A stretch of 64,000 nt of DNA from Candidatus Levyibacteriota bacterium (GTDB lineage: Bacteria > Patescibacteriota > Microgenomatia > Levybacterales > UBA12049), in the NCBI GenBank assembly GCA_016186625.1, contig JACPLG010000008.1:80689-144688 (forward strand). Direction: 5' to 3'. Shown here one piece after another: positions 1-9,558 of the stretch; within the stretch, counting starts at the first letter, position 1, and every line of letters starts with the position of its first letter. The position numbers and the translations under genes were made by a program. The notes beneath the pieces are model-generated. The model ran no database searches and was not told the origin of the DNA. It saw only the letters and a program-made list of their open reading frames with translations.

Positions 1-305
1 GAGGTGGTATGCCAACAGAGGGACGCAGCACTAGATCGGAATATTTTGTGAAAGGTACAGAGCCAACAAGCGAATCCGGGGTTTATAAGAAAAAGGATGA
101 TAAAGTTTACATTTGGCTCCGTGAATCCGATCCCGTCTCAACCGACGGAAAAAATAGATGGCAGGAAGGAATAGACAAATGGATTGAGGAAGTGCATAAA
201 GATGACCCACTATATCATCCGCCCGGAGAAGTTATTAATCCTCCAAGTAGTAGTTCGGAGACTCCAACGCCAAGTCCCACCACTTCCCCCACGCCCGGGG
301 TGTAA
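1..305 (+). CDS. C-terminal fragment of a probable penicillin-binding protein (starts before the window)
   Basis: Open from the window edge; RSEYFVKGTEPT motif and P/S/T-rich tail resemble CPR PBP1A C-termini; stop lies in a REP copy. Confidence 0.5.
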   Translation, partial: GGMPTEGRSTRSEYFVKGTEPTSESGVYKKKDDKVYIWLRESDPVSTDGKNRWQEGIDKWIEEVHKDDPLYHPPGEVINPPSSSSETPTPSPTTSPTPGV

Positions 306-330
306 AGCTAAAACCACACCCGGGGTGGAA
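294..330 (-). repeat. REP family 2 copy
   Basis: Reverse complement matches the TTTACACCCCGGGTGTGG..TTTACACCCC units flanking the RAYT at 37918. Confidence 0.75.
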
Positions 331-344
331 TAGGGTGGAATATT

Positions 345-2411
345 TTATTTTACTCTTGCGTTAAACTTTGAGGAAATTGCACTGATTACTTGTTCTCTAA
401 TTTCTGAAACTTCTTTGCTTGTTAAATTTCTATCTTCAGCTTGATAAATAATGTGAAAAGTTCTGGCATTTTCAAACTGGTCCTTAAGCTTCACTTCTCT
501 TATCAAAAAACTCTGAAGAGATATCTCCTCAATAACATCTTGAGTTGAAACTGCCTCATCCAAAACAAAAGTAATATCCTCAAAAACTGCCGGAAATTTT
601 GCCAGAGGTTTGTAAACTTTTTTATTGGTTGCGTTTTTAAGCAAGATTTCAAAGTTAATTTCAAAATCTATGAGATTGCTATTTAGAATTTCAATATATC
701 CGACATTTTCGTTTTCAATTGAGATTTCTGCTCCTCCTTCTACTCTATTTTTAACTTTGTAATTTTTTATCTCCAAATCGTCAAATAGGGCTTCGATTAG
801 TCCTTTTACTTCAAAGAAAGAGACTCCCGTTTTTTTAATAAGTCCGGCAAGAGTTAACTTTTCTTTAGGCAGGTTTTGCCCTGAGCCGATTCGGTCTGAG
901 CGGGTTCGACGTCCTGAGCTCACCGTCGAAGGACTCACGGTCGAATGACTTGTCGAACGGGCTTTTTGACTTTTATGATAGGTATTGGCAAGTTCAAAGA
1001 TTTTGATAATTTCTTTTGCCTTATTGTTCTCAGCTACCTCGAGAAGGCTTGGAACAAGAGTATTTCGAAGATATACCATATCCGAAGTTAATGGATTTTT
1101 AAGCTTAATGGCATTATTAATTGGACCGTCAAATAAATCCTCAGAAACCAGGGAATATGTGTAAACCTCAGTGTATCCCCAGTATTTAAGTGCGCTTTTA
1201 ATTCTATCTTCCCAGTAGAAATTGTTGGCATATGGAATCGTTTTGTCACTTAAGAAAGATGGGATAATACTTGGTATCCTATGGTACCCATAAATTCTTG
1301 CTATTTCTTCAATGATGTCTTCTTCTATTTTTATATCATTAATCCGTTCTGATGGAACCTCAACCTTAAAAAAACCTAAATGAGCGCTGACTTTAAAACC
1401 AAGTTTTTGAAGAATTTCAGTTGCGATATTTGGATTTATCCCAACTCCAATTATCTTGTTAATCTTCTCAAGAGAAACCTTTACAGTTTGAGTTTTTGGT
1501 TTGTTAGGATAAACATCCAGGATTTTTGAGACAACTTTTCCCTGTGCAATTTGCTGATAAAGTTCAATTCCTCTTTTTAGCGCAAGTTCCATAAACTCCG
1601 GATCCACTCCCTTTTCGTTAACAATGGCCGCTTCAGTTCTAATTCCAAGACTCATTGAAGTTTGTCTGATACGATCGGGATTATTATTATCAAGAAAAAA
1701 TAGTATTCTTTTGGTTTTTTCATTAACAACAGAATTTGCTGTTCCCATAATTCCCAAAAGGTCGATTATTTCCCCTTCCCCATTGTCAGCAACTATATCT
1801 CCACCCAGTAATCGATACTCTTTCCCATCCAAAGTTGTAATAATTTCTCCTTTTTTTGACCCTCTTATTATCATCTCTTTAGTGTTTAATAAATCGTAGT
1901 CAAACACATGAGCGGGGTGGCCAATTTCGCGCATTACATAATTTGTGACATCAACCAGATTATTAAGACTTCTTATTCCGGAAAGTTCCAGACGATTGGC
2001 AATTTCTTTTGGGCTTTTGCCAATATTAACTTCCAAGACCACAGCCATAATTCTATTTACCAGTTTTGGGTCATTTTTGATTTCAATCGGGAAAGAAATA
2101 TCTCCTTCCGCAACTTTTGGTGTTTTTGGCGGAATGTATTTTGCCGCAATTCCATTCCCTGAAAGTGAAGCCGTTGCCTCTTTTGCAATTCCTGCAACAG
2201 ACATTAAATCCGGCCTGTTGGTTGTAACCTCGATATCATAAGTGTAATCATCTCCAGCTTTCCCGCCTGCAACGCCTGCGCTAGCATAGCGGGCAGGTTC
2301 TGTCTGCCCTACCGAAACAGAAGTCAGGGAAAGTTGCCGGGCAATTTCTGAGGCACTTGCTTTTGTTTCCAAAAATTCTCTTAACCAAGAGTCAACGATT
2401 TTTATTTGCAT
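345..2411 (-). CDS. pheT: Phenylalanyl-tRNA synthetase beta subunit (short form, two repeat-derived in-frame insertions)
   Basis: DIEVTTNRPDL, NNLVDVTNYVM, DIIEEIARIYGY, LRNTLVPSLL, C-terminal FDX-ACB; follows pheS. Confidence 0.97.
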   Translation of the reverse strand: MQIKIVDSWLREFLETKASASEIARQLSLTSVSVGQTEPARYASAGVAGGKAGDDYTYDIEVTTNRPDLMSVAGIAKEATASLSGNGIAAKYIPPKTPKVAEGDISFPIEIKNDPKLVNRIMAVVLEVNIGKSPKEIANRLELSGIRSLNNLVDVTNYVMREIGHPAHVFDYDLLNTKEMIIRGSKKGEIITTLDGKEYRLLGGDIVADNGEGEIIDLLGIMGTANSVVNEKTKRILFFLDNNNPDRIRQTSMSLGIRTEAAIVNEKGVDPEFMELALKRGIELYQQIAQGKVVSKILDVYPNKPKTQTVKVSLEKINKIIGVGINPNIATEILQKLGFKVSAHLGFFKVEVPSERINDIKIEEDIIEEIARIYGYHRIPSIIPSFLSDKTIPYANNFYWEDRIKSALKYWGYTEVYTYSLVSEDLFDGPINNAIKLKNPLTSDMVYLRNTLVPSLLEVAENNKAKEIIKIFELANTYHKSQKARSTSHSTVSPSTVSSGRRTRSDRIGSGQNLPKEKLTLAGLIKKTGVSFFEVKGLIEALFDDLEIKNYKVKNRVEGGAEISIENENVGYIEILNSNLIDFEINFEILLKNATNKKVYKPLAKFPAVFEDITFVLDEAVSTQDVIEEISLQSFLIREVKLKDQFENARTFHIIYQAEDRNLTSKEVSEIREQVISAISSKFNARVK
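878..962 (-). repeat. Nested TTCGAC...GCTCA palindromic insertion within pheT
   Basis: Encodes ARSTSHSTVSPSTVSSGRRTRSDRIGSG; shares TTCGACAAGTCATTCGAC with the element at 32483-32597. Confidence 0.75.
2262..2297 (-). repeat. 36-bp CCTGCCCGC...GCAGGCGGG insertion within pheT
   Basis: Encodes PARYASAGVAGG; near-identical to 19687-19724. Confidence 0.85.
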
Positions 2412-2419
2412 ACGCTCAT

Positions 2420-2475
2420 GTCATTCTGAGGCTTGCCGAAGAATCTTAAGATCCTTCACTTCGTTCAGGATGACA
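2420..2475. repeat. Palindromic TGTCATTCTGAG...TTCAGGATGACA repeat between pheS and pheT
   Basis: Inverted arms tgtcattctga / tcaggatgaca; resembles repeats often seen near GIY-YIG genes. Confidence 0.65.
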
Positions 2476-3510
2476 TTAAAATTGCTCGAGAAATTCTAAT
2501 TTATTTGAATAGAGTAAGCGCAAATCATCAATTTCGATCCCTTCTTTCATCATTAGAACTCGCTCAACCCCCCAACCGAATGCGAATCCGTTGTGTTTTT
2601 CCGGATCAATCTTGCAGTTTCTTAGAACTTGAGGATGAACCATCCCCGCTCCTCCCAATTCAAGCCAGCCTTCTTTGCAGAGCTTACAGCCCCGGCCTAA
2701 ACAAACACCGCATGTTACATCCACTTCAAAAGATGGTTCGGTAAACTCAAAATGATAAGGTCTTATTCTTGATTTTCGTTCTTCTCCAAAATATGTTTTA
2801 ACAAAATATTCTAGTACTCCCTTAAGGTTTGAGATCGATAAACTAGTATTAACAGCTAATCCTTCAAACTGGTGAAACATTGGGGTATGCGAAACATCAG
2901 ACTGTCTCCTGTAACACCTAGCGATATTTAGCATTTTAATAGGAAGCTTTCCTTTTTCCATCTCTCTAATTTGACCATTTGATGTGTGTGGAGTTAAAAG
3001 CATTGGCCCATATTTTGGATGAGGGGGTGCATCTATGAAAAAGGTTTCCCAGTCATCCCTAGCAGGATGATTTTCCGAAAAGTTGAGAGCTCCGAAGGGG
3101 TACCAGTCCCATTCCACTTCAGGATAGCGGACTCGCCCAAATCCTATTTTTTCAAAAATTGATGTTATTTCCCAAATTGCCTGAGTGATGAGATGTAAGT
3201 GTCCAAGGGGAGGCCTTATTCCCGGGTCGGTTACATCAATTTTTTTGATTCTTTTCCCTAATTCTTGATTCTTAATTCTTACTTCTTGTTCGATAATGGC
3301 ACTTTCAATTGATTCCTTAACTTCATTTGCTAAGATTCCCACCTCTCTTCTTTTCTCAGGATTTATTTTTGGAAGGCGTTTTATAACAAGAGTTAACTGG
3401 CCGCTTTTTCCCAAAAATTGCAGTTTAATATGTTCAAGTTCGTCCGGGTCCTTAGCGTCCAAAATAAGTGACACCGCATTATTTTTGATATTGATGAGTT
3501 CATTTTCCAT
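2476..3510 (-). CDS. pheS: Phenylalanyl-tRNA synthetase alpha subunit
   Basis: HPARDDWETFF, HTPMFHQFEGL, FTEPSFEVD, GFAFGWGVER. Confidence 0.98.
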   Translation of the reverse strand: MENELINIKNNAVSLILDAKDPDELEHIKLQFLGKSGQLTLVIKRLPKINPEKRREVGILANEVKESIESAIIEQEVRIKNQELGKRIKKIDVTDPGIRPPLGHLHLITQAIWEITSIFEKIGFGRVRYPEVEWDWYPFGALNFSENHPARDDWETFFIDAPPHPKYGPMLLTPHTSNGQIREMEKGKLPIKMLNIARCYRRQSDVSHTPMFHQFEGLAVNTSLSISNLKGVLEYFVKTYFGEERKSRIRPYHFEFTEPSFEVDVTCGVCLGRGCKLCKEGWLELGGAGMVHPQVLRNCKIDPEKHNGFAFGWGVERVLMMKEGIEIDDLRLLYSNKLEFLEQF

Positions 3511-3628
3511 GATGTTTTAAGGATATCAAATTTAAAGCCAAAATGCAGTCTGCCTGTTTTATAAACATTGTCAGAGCTTGACAAGTGTTTGTGGAAAATG
3601 ATTAGCTAATATCAGATAAGAATTTATT

Positions 3629-5860
3629 ATGCCCGATAATCAGGAGCAAATTGTTGTAAAAGAAAAATCAGGATTTATAAGAAGGGTTCTTGGACCAATT
3701 TTATCCCCCTTTGATAAGCTTTTTAGTATGCTTCCCAAGGATAAACGAAAACTAACACTCCTAATTATTACCCTGGCAATTCCCATAACTGTAATAGCTG
3801 CTCTTATTCAGCAGGAGCTAAGGGGAAGAGCTGCTGGAGAAAGACAGCTCATCATGGGAATGTCTAACAGAGGTGGTTATAGTAGTAAGGATGTTAATGT
3901 TCAAGGAATTAAAGAAGCAATAGAAACAATCAGGAGAGAAACAGGACGATATCCTGCCATTTATCCATTATGGGTAAATTTTGAAGAAAGTCCAGGAAGT
4001 GGTGACCCGAGAGCCTCTTTCCCTAGTAAAGAAATTACAGATTATTTAGATGCCAGAGGTATTGCTGTTGCTATTTTTATGCAGCCCGTTGGCCCTGGGA
4101 TTGGCAGAAATGACGGAAGGTTTATTTTCTCCTCTAATACCTCTTCGTCAGTACCAAATGGCCAGATTAAGTTTGATTCTTCAAATCCCTCAAGTATAAC
4201 AAGGATATATGTAAGTAAAACTTCTTCAGGCACTGAAAATCCTGCAGGGCTTGCTAATACCTGGGTTCCTGGCGCAAAGGCTTCTGTGTTCGGCTCTGAT
4301 TCAAGTGGGAATGTAGCCTATACTGATTCAAATTTTTTTGGTTTCACTGTTAACTCTAAGGCAGACAGCGGGACTTTCTGGACGCTCGGAGTAACTGTAA
4401 ATAGAGCTGGTAGTTTGTCCGGTATTTTTTCAAACGGAAGGCCTGTCTTCATTACGATGGCCGATACTTTTGCCAAAAAATACAGCAATCAATCAATCGC
4501 AAACGGATCGTTTGATCCATTTCTGCGGCAACTTGCACAGGCTGCAAGATCGTATGGGAAACCTGTTCTTCTTAGATATGCTCATGAAATGAATGCACAT
4601 TGGTTCCCATGGACAGTTGGACAACCAGACCCAAAAAAAAGTTATGGAAGATACGTGTATTTTAATCAGGGAAATACGCCTTCGAATTATGTAGCAGCAT
4701 GGAGACGTGTTTATACAGTTATAAAATTGGAAGCTCCGAATGTTAAATTATTCTGGGTTCCATCAAGAGTGGCTCCGACAAAACTTGATATATATGATGG
4801 TTTTTACCCCGGGAATAACTACGTTGATTATGTAGGGTTTGATGCTTATAGCGGTCTAGGCGGAAATAACCCTAAGAACTATATTTCTATGTATGACTCC
4901 TACAAAAGAGTTATGGAAAAGGTACTACAGCTTTCAAATAACAGAAAACCTGTTTTTATAGGTGAAACTGGAGTCAATTCTATAAATGTACCAAGCGGTT
5001 TTAGTAGAGCGGATTGGGTGAGGCGAGGATATAATGATGCATATAACGCATGGCCCAAGCTCGCAGGAATTATTTATTTCAACTTTGATATGAGAGATAC
5101 TGAGAACAATAACTGGTTATTATCTGCTTCTCCCGAAGCGTTGTCAGCATATAGAGATATAGCTTCAAGAGCCAAGTTTCAGGGTAAATTTGAGGAAGGA
5201 TCCACACCAACACCAACCCCAGTCCTTCCAACAGTTCCGCCAATTATAGTATCGCCTACCCCATCCCTAGGTATTTCAGCCTTCATAGAGTCAGGTGGAA
5301 GTGTGGTTATGGAAGCTGAGAATAATGACAAAAGATTTAATAGAGGCAATTATAGGTGGGCAGGTGCGGCACCGGATACTCCACTCACAGCAACCTCTGG
5401 ATATGTGAACGAAGGAACTAGAAAAGGATACACAGCAGTAAGACCAAATGATGATAAAGTAACTTATTTTGAAGGAGGATATAAAAAGGGTCCTGAAGTG
5501 GTGTATAACATTAATTTCTCTTCAACTGGAACATATTATGTTTACATGAGAAGCTCAGGTCCTGATAGCAAATCAGACTCAGCTCACTATGGTCTTGATG
5601 GCGCCTATGATGGCACTATAGCCTTATATTATAGAGGGGAGGGGGGTGCTTCAACTAATTGGCAGTGGAAAGGAAATAATAATGATGGAACAAAAGCTAG
5701 AATTAGAGTTACTACTCCTGGAATTCATACGTTCCATATATACATGCGAGAAGACGGGACACAAATCGATAGAATTCGACTTTTTAAAAATTCTTCCTGG
5801 ACTCCATCACCAGGTCCTGCTGCAGATGGTCCTTCAGAAAGTCTAAGAGGGAAATTCTAG
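3629..5860 (+). CDS. Membrane-anchored GH26-like glycoside hydrolase with an internal insertion and C-terminal beta-rich domain
   Basis: TM helix; LLRYAHEMNAHWFPW, YPGNNYVDYVGFDAY, PVFIGETG; PT linker. Confidence 0.8.
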   Translation: MPDNQEQIVVKEKSGFIRRVLGPILSPFDKLFSMLPKDKRKLTLLIITLAIPITVIAALIQQELRGRAAGERQLIMGMSNRGGYSSKDVNVQGIKEAIETIRRETGRYPAIYPLWVNFEESPGSGDPRASFPSKEITDYLDARGIAVAIFMQPVGPGIGRNDGRFIFSSNTSSSVPNGQIKFDSSNPSSITRIYVSKTSSGTENPAGLANTWVPGAKASVFGSDSSGNVAYTDSNFFGFTVNSKADSGTFWTLGVTVNRAGSLSGIFSNGRPVFITMADTFAKKYSNQSIANGSFDPFLRQLAQAARSYGKPVLLRYAHEMNAHWFPWTVGQPDPKKSYGRYVYFNQGNTPSNYVAAWRRVYTVIKLEAPNVKLFWVPSRVAPTKLDIYDGFYPGNNYVDYVGFDAYSGLGGNNPKNYISMYDSYKRVMEKVLQLSNNRKPVFIGETGVNSINVPSGFSRADWVRRGYNDAYNAWPKLAGIIYFNFDMRDTENNNWLLSASPEALSAYRDIASRAKFQGKFEEGSTPTPTPVLPTVPPIIVSPTPSLGISAFIESGGSVVMEAENNDKRFNRGNYRWAGAAPDTPLTATSGYVNEGTRKGYTAVRPNDDKVTYFEGGYKKGPEVVYNINFSSTGTYYVYMRSSGPDSKSDSAHYGLDGAYDGTIALYYRGEGGASTNWQWKGNNNDGTKARIRVTTPGIHTFHIYMREDGTQIDRIRLFKNSSWTPSPGPAADGPSESLRGKF

Positions 5861-5922
5861 CAAGTACCACACATATTGACTTTACTTTCTTATTAATTCT
5901 ATGATCAAATCAGGCAACTTAT

Positions 5923-8900
5923 ATGTCTTATTATTATAAGTTCAATAACCGTCTTGAAGAAGTAAAAAGCAGATCTCAAAAACTCACCAAACTCCTCAAA
6001 AAAAATAAAAAATCCATAATTGCCGTTTTGATTTTAATTGTTTTTCCTGTCTTTGTTATTGCATCTCAGCAGAGACAAGAGACAAGACAATTCGCATCGG
6101 AAAAAAATAAAGAAGAGAAAACTCCTCCACCTTCCCCAAAAGGATATATTGTAGAATTTAGTTCTTCTCCTGCAATTGCTGTTTCATCGGATGAAGAGGA
6201 TGAGGATGAAGATGAAGATAAATTAGACAAAACACTCCTAGAATCTTCCTATGAGTCTAATAAAAATAAAGTTATTGCGGAGCACCAACGCGCAAAAAGT
6301 GATGTTCTTGAAAAAATTGGAAAGAAATCATTTGATTTATCCAAAAGTAAGAAGGGTGATAAAAAAGTTGTACTTCTGTCAGAGTTTCGAAGTATTTTTA
6401 ACGGTATAGCTATTGATGCAGACGAAGAAGATATTGAGAAAATAAAAAAATCCTCATATGTAAAAGCAGTTTATCCAAATCTGGCAGTTGAAACAACACT
6501 AATGGATTCTATCCCTCTAATAAAGGCAGATAAGGTCTGGCAGGATGTTTTAGACTCAACAGGTGCTCCTGTGACTGGGAAAGGAGTAAATGTGGTAATT
6601 TTGGATAGCGGGATAGATTATACGCATGTTGATTTAGGTGGGACAGTTATTGAGGAGAGGCCTCTTGAGAAAATCAGCAATAAACCGATTATCAATTCGT
6701 ATAATACTGACTCTGCATTTTCATATAATCAAAATAGAATTGCCTATGCCTCAGGAGCGGACCAGGTGACAATTTACTCCTTTGATACCAAAAGCAGCGA
6801 AGACGTTAGTTTGGGGACTTCTGATATAACAGATCCATCTCTTCGCTTGGTTCTTCTTGCCGCAGATGAGCTTTTTTACATAAGCGGTTCTTTTAAAGTT
6901 GTTAACTTGTACCTGAAAAATCTTTCAAGTGGGCAGGTAAAGAAAATTGCCAACTTAGTTCAGGTAGACCAACAGGGTCAGGAAGACCTTGCGCTCATTT
7001 CAGGAATTGCTAGTAAATTTACATTTTCCGCCGATAAGCTATACTATGAGCGCCAGACAGGAGCTGTGGATGGTAATAAAAATATTCTTTACGCTCTCTT
7101 TGCCTATGATTTGTCAACGGGACAGGAGACAAAAATCCTGGATGATTCACCCTACGTGAGATTTGCAAAAGCTTCGGAGAATAAGCTTGTTTATTCCGTC
7201 TATGATCCTCAAGCGGCAAACTTCACAAAAAATGTAGTTAGAGATTTAGACACAGGGGAAGAAGAAGATATTATTTTTCCTGGAGTCGGGCCTGCAATTG
7301 ATTTTAAAAATAATTTAATTTTGTCTAAATCTTATGGTTCTTCTAGGACTTATGATTTATATAATATTGAAACAAAAGAGCAAAGAAAGCTTGTCTTTGA
7401 CGATTCAGAATCCGCACAGATTAATTCTCCAAACATAAACGATCTTTATTATAAACTCCCCAAAGGGCTAATTGGAGATAATGTTATTTTCTTTGAAAGA
7501 AACGACTTAACCTATCAGATAGTTGCTTTTGATTTACAAAAAAATAAGTATTCAATTATAAATCTTAAAACTTTCTCGGGGAAAGTTGCGGGTGATGGTA
7601 AAAAAGTATGTTTTGCCGCAAAATTAGATTTTGAAATTTATTGTCACAACTTCGATACTGAGTTTGCCTACCCATTACCGTCCCAAACCTATAATGAAAA
7701 AGTAAAAGGAGGAATTAATTTTTTTGATTCCGGAAAGGACGGACTGGATGATCTGGGACATGGCACTAATGTAGCCGGAGTAGCAGCAGGTAGCGGCAGT
7801 TTAAAAGGAGCTGCCCCCGGCGCTTTCCTATATTCATATAAAGTTGTGTCTGGGGAAGGTTTTGGATATGTTGATAAAATAATTGCGGGTATTGATGCGG
7901 CTGTCCAAACTAATTTTGACCTAGATCCAACGAATGATATCAAAGTTATTAACATAAGCCTTGGAGCAACTTGCGCTGGAAAGTATTCCGATATTTGCGG
8001 GCCCGCTGACCCAATGTCACGCTCAGTTAATAATGCAGTAGGAAGTGGTCTTGTAGTTGTTGCTGGCGCCGGAAATGGCGGAGCATCTGGCGATCTAATT
8101 TCAAGCCCGGGAACAGCAAGAAGAGCAATAACGGTTGGAGCAATTGATAAATCTAAAAAAATTGCGCAGTTCAGCTCACGCGGTCCTGTTATTTGGAACG
8201 ATAAAGATCTTAAAAAACCGGATGTAGTTGCTCCCGGGGTAGAAATCTGCTCCGCTCAGCTGTTTTATATTTATCGTTCATTTTTCAGATGTTTTGATGA
8301 TAAACATATAAAACAATCAGGAACATCCATGTCAACTCCTCACGTCACAGGACTTGCGGCCTTAATTCTTCAGGCTCATCCAGACTGGAGTCCGGCCCAA
8401 GTTAAAAAAGCAATAAAAGATACCGCAGTGGATTTAGATTATAATTACAACAGACAAGGTGCAGGCTTAATTAACGGGACAAAACTTTTTAAGAAATATC
8501 CTCCAGCCACTCCTACCCCAACAGCCGCTCCAACACCTTCTTCAAGAAAAGTAAATTTATTTCCTACCGCTGATTCGTTTGTGAGAAAAGATAGGCCAAA
8601 AAGTAATTTTGGGACTCTTAAATATATTCAGACTGATTCCAGCCCTGATACAATTTCATTTATTAAATTTAATTTAAGAAGTCTTGCTGACAAAAATATA
8701 ATTTCGGCAAAGTTATATTTAAAAGTAGATGATCCAAGCCAAGCAACGCAGTCTCTAAAAAGAGGGGCAGGCAACAACTGGACACAGCGAAATATTAATT
8801 ACAACAACAAGCCTTCTTTTAATGCGACCATCACCACATTTAAGGCAAATAAAAGAAACAAAATTATAGAATTAGATTTAATAAATCTGGTTAGAAATAG

Positions 8901-9015
8901 GAAAGGAGAGGTAATTACCTTAGGAATTACCTCATCCGGCACAAACCCAGCAAAATACTATTCAGTAGAAGCCAATAGATCAAATAGGCCCAAACTTGAA
9001 GTAGAATATAATTAA
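5923..9015 (+). CDS. S8 subtilisin-like protease with propeptide, large insertion and C-terminal DNRLRE/CBM96-like domain
   Basis: Triad ILDSGID, GHGTNVAG, SGTSMSTPHVTG; PTADSFV...RPKLEVEY tail. Confidence 0.9.
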   Translation: MSYYYKFNNRLEEVKSRSQKLTKLLKKNKKSIIAVLILIVFPVFVIASQQRQETRQFASEKNKEEKTPPPSPKGYIVEFSSSPAIAVSSDEEDEDEDEDKLDKTLLESSYESNKNKVIAEHQRAKSDVLEKIGKKSFDLSKSKKGDKKVVLLSEFRSIFNGIAIDADEEDIEKIKKSSYVKAVYPNLAVETTLMDSIPLIKADKVWQDVLDSTGAPVTGKGVNVVILDSGIDYTHVDLGGTVIEERPLEKISNKPIINSYNTDSAFSYNQNRIAYASGADQVTIYSFDTKSSEDVSLGTSDITDPSLRLVLLAADELFYISGSFKVVNLYLKNLSSGQVKKIANLVQVDQQGQEDLALISGIASKFTFSADKLYYERQTGAVDGNKNILYALFAYDLSTGQETKILDDSPYVRFAKASENKLVYSVYDPQAANFTKNVVRDLDTGEEEDIIFPGVGPAIDFKNNLILSKSYGSSRTYDLYNIETKEQRKLVFDDSESAQINSPNINDLYYKLPKGLIGDNVIFFERNDLTYQIVAFDLQKNKYSIINLKTFSGKVAGDGKKVCFAAKLDFEIYCHNFDTEFAYPLPSQTYNEKVKGGINFFDSGKDGLDDLGHGTNVAGVAAGSGSLKGAAPGAFLYSYKVVSGEGFGYVDKIIAGIDAAVQTNFDLDPTNDIKVINISLGATCAGKYSDICGPADPMSRSVNNAVGSGLVVVAGAGNGGASGDLISSPGTARRAITVGAIDKSKKIAQFSSRGPVIWNDKDLKKPDVVAPGVEICSAQLFYIYRSFFRCFDDKHIKQSGTSMSTPHVTGLAALILQAHPDWSPAQVKKAIKDTAVDLDYNYNRQGAGLINGTKLFKKYPPATPTPTAAPTPSSRKVNLFPTADSFVRKDRPKSNFGTLKYIQTDSSPDTISFIKFNLRSLADKNIISAKLYLKVDDPSQATQSLKRGAGNNWTQRNINYNNKPSFNATITTFKANKRNKIIELDLINLVRNRKGEVITLGITSSGTNPAKYYSVEANRSNRPKLEVEYN

Positions 9016-9028
9016 AATCTACCTAAAC

Positions 9029-9265
9029 CTAGCCCCGTTCTTTACCTCTCATGGTTCCGTTCCAATCTGTCCACGGCACATCAGTTCTAGGTGCTTCTTT
9101 GGTTTCTCGATCTGCCAAAGCGTCTCTATATGCTTTTCCTGCATCATAAACAGGGAAGACGTGTCTTGCACCTGTATGGTCCCTTACAACCTCTGTTCCA
9201 ACTGGTATCGATGCTGACAGTCCACTTTCATTAATTCCTCCTCCAATTGTTTGTCCTGTTTCCAT
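9029..9265 (-). CDS. Hypothetical protein (78 aa) downstream of the Phe-rich attenuator
   Basis: ATG at 9265 preceded by GGGTGGTG SD-like sequence. Confidence 0.6.
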   Translation of the reverse strand: METGQTIGGGINESGLSASIPVGTEVVRDHTGARHVFPVYDAGKAYRDALADRETKEAPRTDVPWTDWNGTMRGKERG

Positions 9266-9320
9266 AAATATCACCACCCTTTTGTACGGGTATACTAGTA
9301 TATCCGTAATAATATTCTTG

Positions 9321-9351
9321 TAGCTTTGCAAGGCCTGGCCTTGCAAAGCTA
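9321..9351. repeat. Palindrome with perfect 15-bp arms, TAGCTTTGCAAGGCC-T-GGCCTTGCAAAGCTA (REP-like)
   Basis: Inverted repeat seen directly. Confidence 0.7.
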
Positions 9352-9363
9352 ATTTAAGACCAC

Positions 9364-9471
9364 AAAAAAACCTCCCGTTTGGGAGGCTTATTGCCGTTTC
9401 TTTTTTACAACAGCACCTTACCTCCCTAGATGGAGGGTAAAGAAGAAATATACCGCTGTAACCCTATTCAC
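9364..9471 (-). promoter_or_regulatory. Putative Phe-sensing attenuator: leader MNRVTAVYFFFTLHLGR (9418-9471) plus terminator (9364-9386)
   Basis: TTGCGA-17-TATTAT promoter, GTG start, TTC TTC TTT codons, GGGAGGT complementary to the CCTCCC terminator arm, U7 tract. Confidence 0.75.
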
Positions 9472-9524
9472 TAAAATTATAATAGCAAACATCAAAATAA
9501 ATCGCAAGTGACTATCTTACACTT

Positions 9525-9553
9525 TACCTTCCCACTTTCCATGTGGGAAGGTA
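9525..9553. repeat. REP family 1 copy
   Basis: taccttcccactttccatgtgggaaggta matches the palindromes flanking the RAYT at 31129. Confidence 0.85.
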
Positions 9554-9558
9554 GATAC

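Noticed and set aside
5200-5270. ACACCAACACCA-type repeats (also ~8510 and ~62730)
   Set aside because: They encode ordinary Pro/Thr linkers.
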